Source: Malacoraja senta
Taxonomy: Eukaryota
Assembly: GCA_038087875.1 (NCBI GenBank)
Contig: CM075988.1
Coordinates: 25,794,001 to 25,858,000, forward strand
Length of the DNA stretch: 64,000 nucleotides
Direction of reading: 5' to 3'
How positions within the stretch are numbered: the first letter of the stretch is position 1; every line of letters begins with the position of its first letter. A program made the translations under genes and the position numbers. Below the pieces are notes generated by a model that saw only the letters and a program-made list of their open reading frames with translations, did not search any database and was not told where the DNA came from. Positions 12,451 to 23,969 of the stretch are shown here, in pieces.

Positions 12451-14579
12451 GTGAAATAATCTTTGTTACCGTGGTTAAGTTTCATGGATATAAGATATTA
12501 GTAGCACTTACAAAGACCAATGTCAAGTAAAAGTCTTTCAAGTGCTTTCACACTCCGTGACGGTAGGGCAACTGTACTGACCTGAAGTGACGTTGTTGAT
12601 GCAATGCCCACTTGTTTATAATGGGCCAAACACTGGGCCTTTGTCAGTGGTGACCTGTGTCAGGGGTTACGGGGAGGAGGCAGGAGAATGGGGTTAGGAG
12701 GGAGAGATCGAGCAGCCTTGAATGAATGGCAGAGTAGACTTGATGGGCCGAATGGCCTAATTCTGCTATATCTTATGATCTCCGTAGACTTTCTAAAATG
12801 TAACTTCCCCTGGTCAATCTCCAACACACCTTGTCTGATGAGTAAACACTTGGTCTGCAAGCCCCAACTACTTGGCAGCCATGAGTCCAAATCATTGTTG
12901 GGGTTGTGTGATATGGACAACATAATCTTGGATCCTCAGCATTCAGACACACACTGGCCACATCAGATTTGTTACCCAGCTACTTCCATCTTTACATTTG
13001 CCCCTGGCTGGAGTGCCAGATGTTCAAATATTTAGTTGACTTGACCTTTCTTTAAAATACCTCTTTCCCATTGATGCTGATTTTGTAATCATCTACATGA
13101 AGGTTTTTGTAAAATAATTCTTAACTTTTCACGATGCTGGTAAATGTTATAATTTGGCTGCAAAACGTGGGTTTAGCAGAATAAGCAAAGGCACTAAGTT
13201 CTTTGCTGTATGACAAAATTAAACACGTTTCTATGAAGTTCCATCTATATATGTGCGATTAGTGCATCGATTGTCTATTGTCTATATGTGCGATTAGTGC
13301 ATCAAAAAGGAGATGCTGAGGAACAAATCTTTTAAAAATCTTCGTATAAAATTATCGTGAATCACATAATTGTAACTAATTGGGCAGTTTCAAACACCGC
13401 GGGTATAATGGGCTGAATGGCTGTGCTTTACAATTCTGTATGGAATACATTTTTTTCTGGGTAGCAGCTCTAAATGTGTACTGCAGTGATGGTCATGTTG
13501 TACTCCACTTCCATTGAAATGAATCAATCAATGCCAGTGTTTCTGCCAGACTCTTCCCTTCATTTCACCCCCTCACCTTAACCCTCTATTCCTGACTTCT
13601 GTGTGCGTTAATCCAGCTTCTTAATTAATTCCTGCTACTTGGTTCAACTTTTTCCATGAGATAGCAAGTTCCACCTTCTTACTGATCTTCGAGTGATGAA
13701 TAAATAGATTCTGGTTACAGTCAGTTTACCTGCACATTATTCTTCAGTAAGACAGTTTCGACTAGTTGTGACCAAAATCATTAAAACAGAGGTGTTGCAA
13801 AAACAAGAATGCTGCTGAGATTCTGTGTGAAGTGACCAAGTGGCTCAGTCCATCGACCCTCCTCTTGCTGAACTACTGAGCCAAGTGGACCAGCAGGTCT
13901 TACATTGAAATCCCTTGGTCCTGTGCACGTTCTACTTGTTCAATTCAGCCCCAGGAATGGGAGAGAAACATTTCTCCAACCATCTCCCTCCACCCCTTCT
14001 CTCTTTCATCTCCCCTCTATCCCTTTCCTTTTTGTATATCCCTTTTTTACTCCTCTTCCTCCATCCCCATATTTCTTCCTACTCCATCTCCAAAGTCCTC
14101 CTCCTCCTCAGGTTCCTTCTCCTTTTCTTCGTCCATTCGTCTCTCCTTTCCCTTCTTCCTTTCCCTCTGACTCTCTTCTCCGTTCCCTTCTCCTCCACTC
14201 CCTGCCCCCTGTTCCCACCATTGGTTGCCACTACCCTTCCTCCACCACCTCACTGCCCTTTCCCCCAAATGAACATCACCATGTAGTTAGACTTGGACCC
14301 TGGGATCCTTCAGGTTTGGGAAGGCCACTGACCACCTGCTGTGGAAGGAGCTACAGAGGGCAGCCAACACTTACAGATACCAAACAAGACAAACTTACAC
14401 TGAGAGTTTGCAACAGTGGGTGTTTAGTCATGGGTACTGCATTGAAGAAGTAAGAACTCTCTAGAAACTCAGACGAGAGCTAATGAGATGTTTGAAGTCC
14501 TGAAGAAGAATATTCTGAACAATGCTTGTTATGCCTTGTCATTCATGACTACACGCTTCAACCTTTGCCCTTTGAACAG

Positions 14580-14705
14580 GATGTCCTTCGTATCACAGAG
14601 TCTAGCGACATGTTAGAGGAGACTAAATACCAGCATTGCTTGCCAGGAAAAGCTGCTGCTCTGTCTCCCTCTCCTTCCACCCCATCGTACCCCAGGGTAC
14701 AGGAG
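14580..14705 (+). CDS. PHLDB1: Probable PHLDB1 alternative cassette exon (DVLRITESSDMLEETKYQHCLPGKAAALSPSPSTPSYPRVQE)
   Basis: tttgaacag|GAT ... GAG|gtaaca, 126 nt, phase 0-0, open frame, non-repeat sequence. Confidence 0.7.
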
Positions 14706-15031
14706 GTAACAGCACTAACACTTACTGCATGCTACAGATTTGCTTTAAGAAGTTTTCCCGTGTTTGCTGCGGTATTCACTCTGTGAAAGGCTTGTTGCGT
14801 TACGCAGTGTGCTTCTACATTGGCCGCTGATTTCAAGGGCTTGGAATCTCAATCACAGCAGCTTTGGTTTGCCACTCCAGGTCTGCCAACTCCCACCCAA
14901 TGTCGGCAACCCTGTCACTGACTTGCTCTATTTCTGGCCACTGATGACGTATGGAGTGCGGCCGCTCCTCCACCCGCCTCCTGCCTGCACAGTGTGTTCT
15001 CCATTGTCACTCTACACTGCCACGTCAATGT

Positions 15032-15328
15032 GGACGGCACAGTGGCGCAGCGGTAGAGTTGCTGCCTTACAGCGCCAGAGTCCCGGGTTCGATCCTGACC
15101 ACGGGTGCTGTCTGTACGGAGTTTGTACGTTCTCCCCGTGACCTGCGTGGATTTTCTCCGGGATCTTCGGTATCCTCCCACACTCCAAAGACCCAACAAA
15201 AGTTTGTAGGTTAATTGGCTTGGTAACATTGTAAAACTTGTCCCTAGTGTGTGTAGAGCAGTGTTAGTGCGCGGGGATCGCTGGTCGGTGGGGCGAAGGG
15301 CTGTATCTCTAAACTAAACTAAACTAAA
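15032..15328 (+). mobile_element. HE1-type tRNA-derived SINE
   Basis: A box (tggcgcagcgg), B box (ggttcgatcc), conserved central domain, (aaact)n tail. Confidence 0.85.
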
Positions 15329-15983
15329 TCACTCTCAGGAAAGTACCACGTGGGTCAAATGTAGATTACACGTCAGACACCATGGGATGCACACACACTG
15401 GTTACATGCAGTGTAAAACTATCTCTGTATTGACTCACTCCTAGAGCCCAGTCACCACCTTAAACATTCAGTGTCGACATCCAAGGTGCACTGGTACCGT
15501 GATGGATTTGCTGTACTCAATAGTAGTGGTTGCCACAACAGAGTATGGTTTCTATAGTAGCTCCCATCCCATCCAGAAGGACAAGGGCATCAGTGAGACA
15601 GAAACATTATCATCCCTGAAGGTAAATGCAGTTCCATCATTATCGGAATGAAGCTGGAAAGAGTGAAGAGAAGATTTTAAGATTAAGTTGAGTTTAAGAT
15701 TTTAAGAAAAGAAATGAATCAATTTTAAAATGTATTTTATTGTGTTCAAATCCTGGTCCTCTGGTCCTAGACTCTCCCACTAGTGGAAACATCCTCTCCA
15801 CATCCACTCTGTCCAAGCCTTTCACAATTCGGTACGTTTCAACGAGGTCCCCCTGAGATAAGATCAGAATGTTGCAAAGCAGGAGATGGGGGGGGGGCTC
15901 CGAAGATCAGAATGGGGAATTTTAAAAATTATTTTCCTCTAAGAACAGGCCATATTAAATTAAACAACCTGCTCTACCTTAAC

Positions 15984-16082
15984 AAGAAGATAGACACAAA
16001 AAGCTGGAGTAACTCAGCGGGACAGGCAGCATCTCTGGAGAGAAGGAATGGCCGATGTTTCGGGTCGAGACCCTTCTTCAGA
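15984..16082 (-). mobile_element. Single-arm Penelope-like repeat
   Basis: Perfect 12-bp TSD ctctaccttaac (15972-15983 / 16083-16094); ends at the hammerhead core. Confidence 0.75.
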
Positions 16083-16265
16083 CTCTACCTTAACTCCATC
16101 AATGACATTTTAACTTTGCTTCTGAATCATCTTGGCTAAAATGATTGAGGTTTCTTTCCCTTATATTGTGTTATGCACTTGAAGACGCAATACTTGCTAC
16201 ACGCCCTGACCCTAATCTTTTTTTTTTGTCTCTGTCTCTTTGCCTTAACATTGCTCTTATTTCAG

Positions 16266-16391
16266 GAGTATATGAAGTTGGCTGACGTGTTTAAGTTCTA
16301 CAGTGACATATATGGGACAGACAGTGACGGTACATTCTCTGCTGCTCCACTGCATTCTCTGCCGCTTACTGTATCTCCATCAGCCCACGAG
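16266..16391 (+). CDS. PHLDB1: Probable PHLDB1 alternative cassette exon (EYMKLADVFKFYSDIYGTDSDGTFSAAPLHSLPLTVSPSAHE)
   Basis: Branch-like cctaat, long pyrimidine tract, tttcag|GAG ... GAG|gtactt, 126 nt, phase 0-0. Confidence 0.75.
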
Positions 16392-17555
16392 GTACTTGCT
16401 TGCTAGCACGCTTTGCTTTTATTGTCCTCGTACTAATCGGCTGCCCCTCTGCATGACTTGAGGAGGGACCTCATTGAGACGTACCGAATAGTGACAGGCC
16501 TGGACAGAGAGGATGTTTCCACTGGTGGGAGAGTCTAGGACCAGAGGTCACAGCCTCAGAATTAAAGGACGTCCTTTTAGGAAGGAGATGAGCAGGAATT
16601 TCTTTAGTCAGAGGGTGGTGAATCTGTGGAATTCTTTGCCACAGAAGGACTGGTGGAGGCCAAGTCAGTGGATATTTTTAAGGCAGGGATAGTTAGGATT
16701 CTTGATTAGTACGGGTGTCAGGGTTATGGGGAGAAGGCAGGAGAATGGGGTTAGGAGGGAGAGATAGATCAGCCATGATTGAATGGCGGAGTAGACTTGA
16801 TGGGCCGAGTGGCCTAATTCTACTCCTCTCCCTTATGACATGACTTGGCTAATGCTCTCTTACCAAATGTGCCAAGATTGAGCAGTGACCGTTTTGTTAA
16901 TAATCTTTGCTGCTGATCAAGGTGGAACAGTCTGTCAATGGTGGAGCTGTTGCCTTACAGCTCCAGCAACACAAGTTCAGTCTTGATTTCTGGTGCAATA
17001 TGCATGGAGTCTGCATGGAGACTCGTGGAGCCTTTCGTGACTCTTTTAGTTCATTTGAGTGCTCGGCTGCCCTCCTACATCCCAAAGGCTTGAGTGTTGG
17101 TGAGTTCATTGGCCACTTTAAATCGGGTGCAGTGTACAGGTGAGTGGTAGACTCTTGGACACGTGTGGAAAGAATTAAATGAGATTCCTGTAGGATTGAT
17201 GAAAACTTGTGCTGATGGTCAGCATGGACTTGGTGAGCCGGAGTGCCACAGTTTGACCACTGTTGTTAGAAGGCAGAAGCTCGGCACTTATAGGTCCTAG
17301 GTAAGATGCTGTTAAGTTGGAAAAGGTGCAGAGAAGATCGCCAAGAATGTTGCCAGGACTCGAGGGTCTGAGCGATAGGGACGAGGTTCAGCTTTCCTTG
17401 GAGCGCAGGGGAATGAGGGGTGTATAAAATCATGAGAGGAGTAGATCGGGTAGATGTACAGAGTCTTGCCCAGAGTAGGGGAATCGGGAACCAGAGGCCA
17501 TTGGTTTAAAGTGAAGTTTGAAAGATTTTATAGGAATCTGAGGGGTAACATCTTC

Positions 17556-18287
17556 AAACATAGAAACATAGAAAATAGGTGCAGGAGTAGGCCATTCGGC
17601 CCTTCGAGCCTGCACCGCCATTTGATATGATCATGGCTGATCATCCAACTCAGTATCCCGTACCTGCCTTCTCTCCATACCCCCTGATCACTTTAGCCAC
17701 AAGGGCCACATCTAACTCCCTCTTAAATATAGCCAATGAACTGGCCTCAACTACCTTCTGTGGCAGAGAATTCCACAGATTCACCACTCTCTGTGTAAAA
17801 AATGATTTCCCTTTTATCCTTAAACTGTGACCCCTTGTCCTGGACTTCCCCAACATCGGGAATAATCTTCCTGCATCTAGCCTGTCCAACCCCTTAAGAA
17901 TTTTGTAAGTTTCTATAAGATCCCCCCTCAGTCTTCTGAATTCCAACGTGTGCAAGCTGAGTCTATCCAGTCTTTCCTCATATGAAAGTCCTGACATCCC
18001 AGGAATCAGTCTGGTGAACCTTCTCTGTACTCCCTCTATGGCAAGAATGTCTTTCCTCAGATTAGGAGACCAAAACTGTATGCAATACTCCAGGTGTGGT
18101 CTCACCAAGACCCTGTACAACTGCAGTAGAACCTCCCTGCTCTTATACTCAAATCCTTTTGCTATGAATGCTAACATACCATTTGCTTTCTTCACTGCCT
18201 GCTGCACCTGCATTCCTACTTTCAATGACTGGTGTACCATGACACCCAGGTCTCGTTGCATCTCCCCTTTTCCTAATCGGCCACCAT
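17556..18287 (-). mobile_element. CR1-clade (HER1-like) LINE 3' fragment with ORF2 C-terminus
   Basis: ORF 17650-18378 contains RDLGV...LYRVLVRPHLEYC.QFWSP...QRRFTRLIPG...FFTQRVVNLWNSLP; (tttctatg)n tail. Confidence 0.9.
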
Positions 18288-18465
18288 TAGCCACATAACC
18301 CACACCCACTACCATAGGGTAGTGGGTGTTTGGAACAAGCTGCCGGAGGAGGTAGGTGAGGCAGACAATATAACACAACGTTTAAGAAGCAATTAGTCAG
18401 GTATGTGGACAGTACATGTTTACAGGGATATGGGCCAAATGCAGGTAAGTGGGACTAGTGTAGAT

Positions 18466-18860
18466 CAAAGATCCTATAGCGGAGCAAGATAGACCACTCT
18501 TGCTAAATACAATGGGCTGACGTGTAGTACGCAACGGAGCGGAACGTGGGCCTTTTTTTCATCCATTTCCATAACCGGACCCGACCCGACTCGCAGTGTA
18601 ATCAACGTTGTGGGGGAACAGTTTGTGTTAATAAATTAAAATTCTGAAAATGAGGAGAAGATTTTTACCAAATAACTTTTATTTTTACGAGGATGTTTCC
18701 GTAACCGGCTTCCGTCTCCGCACTAGTATCCTATGGGATCTTTGGTGCGGAGACGGAAGCCGGTTGCGTAAATGGGGCCGAAAATGACCCATGAATCTGC
18801 CCATGACCGTACTACGTCTTTTTCATCGAGTGGTCTATCTTGCTCACTATAGGATCTTTG
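18466..18860. mobile_element. hAT-like MITE inserted in a CR1 tail
   Basis: TIR of about 34 bp (caaagatcctatagcggagcaagatagaccactc); perfect 8-bp TSD gtgtagat (18458-18465 / 18861-18868). Confidence 0.85.
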
Positions 18861-19742
18861 GTGTAGATGGGGCATGTTGGTCAGTGTGGTCAAGAGATTC
18901 CACACTCTATGACTATGAATTCCAACAAAGGTTCCATTGTTTGCTGCACCTAGAGCTGGCCTTGAGGGTGGTGTGATGGAGAGAGGATCAAGTCATTCAT
19001 GCTGTGCTTGACCAAGAAGAAATGAATGGTCACATTGAGAGAACAACATTCTTGTTGTTTGCGCTGACAATCTTCGGATTGAAGAACAGAAAAAATAAGA
19101 ATATCTGAGGAGACTGACTATATGAGGTGCCACTGTCTCTTCACACACCAAGAGCTACTCAACAGCTGGCTCTGTGTACTAATCACATACAGAGAAGCAC
19201 ATTTTTATTCTTTGTTGACAGATCAAGGTTCCGTTGAATCAGATGGCATGATCCAAACGGAAAGGGTCATGTAAATAATTGCTGAGTTATTTTGGAAATT
19301 TTACACTGTTTACCGTGTGTGGACAGATTAAAAAAGCACTAACATAGATGTAATTTTAGTTTGAGATCTTTTAGTAGCTAACACATGTCTGTGTGGCTTA
19401 GCATGCAATGTTGATTATAATATCACCGTTTAGGAAGGTCAGTGAAGTAATAATCTGTCAATAATTCCTGTTGAGTCATGAATTCAGTACGATCTTTGTA
19501 AAGTCTTTGAGGTAATTAAGAAATGTCGTTAGCTGACTAAATGTTGGATATTTACAGAGGAGACTCGGTCTCAAAATCAGCAGATATTATTGATTAAAAA
19601 CCAGCAGACAGACTTCCATAATGAGGTATCATTTATATTTAAAGATATTTCAACATGTTGTAATGGGCAGTTAGTATCACGGAGGAGAATTGTCAAGCAA
19701 TGGGCCACAACCAGCACAGAAACACTTTTAGAGCCCCTTACT

Positions 19743-20160
19743 TAGAAACATAGACAATAGGTGCAGGAGTAGACCATTCGGCCCTTCGAGCCAGCACCGC
19801 CATTCAATATGATCATGGCTGATCATCCACAATCAGTACCCCGTTCCTGATTTCTCCCCATATCCCTTGATTCCGTTAGCCCTAAGAGCAATATCTAACT
19901 CTCTCGTGAAAACATCCAGTGAATTGGCCTCCACTGCCTTCTGTGGCAGAGAATTCCACAGATTCACAACTCTCTGGGTGAAAAGGTTTTTCCTCATCTC
20001 AGTCCTAAATGGCCTACCCCTTATTCTTAAACTGTGACCCCCTGGTTCTGGACTCCCCCAACATCGGGAACATTTTTCCTGCATCTAGCCTGTCCAATCC
20101 CTTAAGAATTTTATATGTTTCTATAAGATCCCCTCTCATACTTCTAAATTCCAGTGAATT
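19743..20160 (-). mobile_element. CR1/HER1 LINE 3' fragment
   Basis: QRVVNLWNSLPQKAVEA motif and conserved 3' UTR. Confidence 0.85.
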
Positions 20161-20609
20161 TCTGATGCAACCCTATCTAAATGATGAACGAGGAGATAGA
20201 ATAGTGAGGTTTCTTGAAAGACTGTTTACATGGATCAGAGAGCCGGGGCCGGCACTACCCGCGGTTGCTGTCTGTGCAGAGTTTGTACGTTCTCTCTGTG
20301 ACCGCGTGATGCAGGTTTGTAGGCTAATTGGCTCCTGGTAATTGTCCCCAGTGTGTCGGAGAGAACTAGTGTGCGGGGTGATTGCTGGTCGGTGCGGACA
20401 CGATGGGCTGAAGGGCCTCTTTCCACGCTGTATCTCTAAACTAAACTTAACTTTTACAAAACAGAACTTAATTTATATGTTCTGCTTCTTTTAACTTAGC
20501 ATGAAATTTCTTATCCTTTTAAATGTTTGATGAAACTGGCATTTTTATCCAACTAACAAGGTATTTCTTGTTGCCCAATGGTTTCTGTTTGCTTTGCTGC
20601 TCTTCTCAG

Positions 20610-20765
20610 GAGTACGTTACTCTGGGCCAGCTCAAGGAGTTGTACAGTAGATCAACGGCCAGCTCATCTCCAGTCCCGTTCCACACTAACTCCGCCTCCG
20701 CCTCTCTGCTTCTGCCCGCTGAAAGCTCCTTGCTGGCTTCTTCCTCCGCATTATTTGCAGCTGAG
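20610..20765 (+). CDS. PHLDB1: Probable PHLDB1 alternative cassette exon (EYVTLGQLKELYSRSTASSSPVPF...SSALFAAE)
   Basis: ctaac branch, tcttctcag|GAG ... GAG|gttcgt, 156 nt, phase 0-0. Confidence 0.75.
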
Positions 20766-20928
20766 GTTCGTATGAGGACAGCTCTGACTAACTCTACATC
20801 TGCCCAGTGCATGAGTTTCGAGCAAAGTGCCATGCCCACCAGGTCTTCCCCCAGCGCACTCTACACCCCCTATCATGCTTCCAACAATCAATTCCTATTG
20901 AAAGATCCACGTTAGAGAGTTACAGTGA

Positions 20929-21261
20929 TGGGCCTGTCCCACTTACGCGACTTTTTCGGCAACTGCCGGCACCCGTCATTACAGGTGAGCGATAATTTTC
21001 ACCATGTTGAAAATCCAGCGGCGACCAGAACAATGTACGACTCTTTGGGCGACTACTCACGACCATACAGGCTTCGCCCCGCGACGTGTCGCCAGGGTGT
21101 CGCCTGTATGGTCGTGAGTCGTCTCCTCAGGCACACAAAGAGTCCTAGCGTCTTTCTGGTCGCCGCTGGGTTTTCAACATGTTGAACATTTTCGCCGACC
21201 TGCAACGACCTATGACGGGAGCCGGCAGTCGCCGAAAAAGTTGCGTAAGTGGGACAGGCCA
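20929..21261. mobile_element. PIF/Harbinger-like MITE (almost fully palindromic)
   Basis: Same TIR family as 8921. Confidence 0.75.
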
Positions 21262-21769
21262 TTGAGTCTGTGCCAGTGCACGCGAGCCTTCATCCCCTCT
21301 TCCTCATCCTTCACTATAAACTCTCCCAAATACTTATTCAGCTTCCTAATCTGACACCCAATCTATTGCGAACAAGTTTCTAACACTCTGAATTGGTAAG
21401 TTTCTTCAGAATCTCTAATTGGATTTATTGGTGACTATCTTGTACTTATGGTTCACATGGTTGAGTTTAGATCTCTGATGATCTCAATCTTTCCCCACCC
21501 TGTAAGCTCACCTGCTTCATGATGCCACGCTACCTTCAGCTTTTGTGCCTCCTTATACCGTTCCCCTCTGTTTTGCCATCTAGAAATGTCTACCTCATTT
21601 TAGTTTTTCCTCCATTAATTCCTTCGTTCACCTTGTTTTCGGTTTCCTTTCTAATATATTCTTATCAATATTTGTGGTCATTTACTGTATTTCTGATTTT
21701 GCCTCGATGAAGAACTTGGGGAATTTCATCTGATGAAGGTGCTTTATGAAATCATATCTCTATCATTGC

Positions 21770-22062
21770 AGCACGGTGGCGCAGCGGTAGAGCTGCTGCC
21801 TCACAGCGCCAGAGACCCGGGTTCAATCCTGACTACCGGTGCTGTCTGTACGGAGTTCGTACGTTCTTCCCGTGACCTGCGTGGGTTTTCTCTGAGATCT
21901 TCGGTTTCCTCCCACACTCCAAAGACGTACAGGTTTATAGGTTAATTGGCTTGGTATAATTGTAAATTGCCCCTAGTGTGTGTAGGATAGTGTTAATGTG
22001 CGGGGACCGTTTGTTGGCGTGGACTCGATGGGCCGAAGGGCCTGTCTCCACGCCGTATCTCT
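21770..22062 (+). mobile_element. HE1-type SINE
   Basis: Same consensus as 15032. Confidence 0.85.
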
Positions 22063-22452
22063 TGAAAACAACTTTTTGTTAAAGACAATGAGGATGTGGA
22101 ATGCTGCTGAGTAAAGAGCAGCGCGGCTGGAGGAGGGGAAAACCCCCAGGCATTGGAGAAGAGGCTATTAATGACATTGTTGAACAAGTCAGTGAGTGAT
22201 CGGTAAACTGGTGTGTCAGATGTACAAGGGATGGCGATCAGTCAGTGAAAGGGACGTGAGGTTATAAATTAGCCATGATCTATTGGGCCATGGAGGAGAT
22301 ACCAAGGATCAGTTTATCCACACTAATGCCAGTTATAATGAACCTGGAGTCTGTGAGTTCATGATTGATCTCCAGGTAAATCCCAGGAGAAAATACGGAG
22401 AGAGAAAATGCCCAGGGGCACATGATCAGAAGGCTGTGGATGCCAAGTCAAT

Positions 22453-22888
22453 CTTCTTCTTACGAGTGAAACATAAACCAAAGGAATAGTTAGATCTCAG
22501 GCTGGGTGTTGAGCAGCCAGGTTGTTGTCTCTGTTGGCGTCAATGTCTACCAGGCCCTGACACAGTTCCATTTGGTGGGTGGTAGAGCGGGCACCCAGAG
22601 ATGACATGGTTGGCAGTCTGTTGTTCTGCTCCACATTCACAGGCTGGGCTCTGGCGGAGCCCCCATCTCCACATGCTGGCATTGAAACGCCCAACTCCAG
22701 TACCAAGTCTGTTGAGCTTCACCCATGTTCCTCTGAGGAGGTCAGACCCTGGACAGCTTTTATCTGGTGAAGAGATGTAGCTGTGTAATGGAGATGAGGT
22801 TGCCTTCCACGCCTGTGACCACTTGGTGGCTATCCAGTGTGCTTTTGTCTCAGTTGGCTGGATGGATGCCAGGAGTTGTTTTCCTAAT
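22453..22888 (-). mobile_element. Vingi/Ingi-like (I-group) LINE 3' fragment inserted in a CR1 fragment
   Basis: Translation LNRLGTGVGRFNASMWRWG..SPACECGAEQQTANHVISGCP (C-terminal CCHC), (AAG)n tail, flanks aagtcaat/aattcaat. Confidence 0.6.
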
Positions 22889-23672
22889 TCAATGTATATG
22901 TTTAAGGAAAAGATAGACAGATTCTTGATTAGTACGGGGGTTAGGAGTTATGGGGAGAAGGCAGGAGAATGGGGTGGAGAGGGAAAGGTAGATGAGCCAT
23001 GATTAAATGGCGGAGTACTCTTGATGGGCCGATTGGCCTGATTCTGCTCTTATCACTTATAACCTTATGCATGAATAGTCCTGGGTTAGAGTTAGTAGTT
23101 GTCTAAGAGGGCAGTGTAACTGGGGATTGGGCAGTTGTAGGGAACATGGATAGGCACAAAGTGCTGGAGTAACTCAGCGGGTCCGGCAGCATCTCTGGTG
23201 AGTAAGGATGGGTGACGTTTCAGATTGGGACCCTTCTTCAGACAGAACATGTTGATTGGAGTTCATGCAGGAAATAGATCATGAGAGACATTCCGGCTTT
23301 GATCTGTTTGTGGAAAAGGAGTTACATTCACCTTGAGTTTTCTAATACTTGCTGAAATCTTTATCTTTCAAAGTATAAACTTTATTGTTTATTACAATAA
23401 TAACAAAACTGTCTAGATCTCTGGAAAACTTCAATGTGTGTTTAATTTGTTATTTTCGTTTAATTTAGCATACATTTCTCTCATTAATTTATTTTCTATT
23501 TGATTTCCTGTCCCCTCCACCTGTTGTACCTCTACCCATCCATTTTGTCGACTCTGTTCTCCCAATTCTCCTCTCCTCTCACTTTCCTTCCTACCCTCTC
23601 TCTCTCTCTACGTTCTCTCTCCCTCTTGCCTTTCCTCTCTCTCCTTCTCACCCTCCCCTTGACCGTTGACAG

Positions 23673-23828
23673 CAGCCTACCAGCAAGCTGCTGCCCTCTA
23701 CGTTGGAGCTAGAGAGATGGTACCAAGAAGTAATGGCTAACTTTGATGCCTCATCTTCTCCACCTCCAATTTCCTCTTCTCCACCTCCTCTTCCAGCTAA
23801 AACTCACTCCACACGACGATCTCTTCAG
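23673..23828 (+). CDS. PHLDB1: PHLDB1 exon (QPTSKLLPSTLELERWYQEVMANF...PPPLPAKTHSTRRSLQ)
   Basis: Pyrimidine tract of about 170 nt, gacag|cag| tandem acceptor (alternative start 23676), CAG|gtaaat. Matches recalled DLEQWYQELMA...SSPPPLPAK. Confidence 0.9.
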
Positions 23829-23969
23829 GTAAATGTCATTCCTGTTTACAATCTCAGCCACAAGCTCACACCGGAGAAACGAATGGTGCTTTCCTTGAGA
23901 AAGTTGAGAGGATATTTGATAAAGGTCAACAACACCATGTTAAAAATGGTAAACGTGTTCCCAGCAGCA

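Noticed and set aside
13905..14453. Pro/Ser/Phe-rich ORFs
   Set aside because: Low-complexity pyrimidine tract.
15032..15110. tRNA-like sequence with A and B boxes
   Set aside because: Head of an HE1 SINE, continuous with the SINE body and repeated many times.
17650..18378. 242-aa ORF
   Set aside because: C-terminal remnant of CR1 ORF2, 5'-truncated with an internal deletion; not a host gene.
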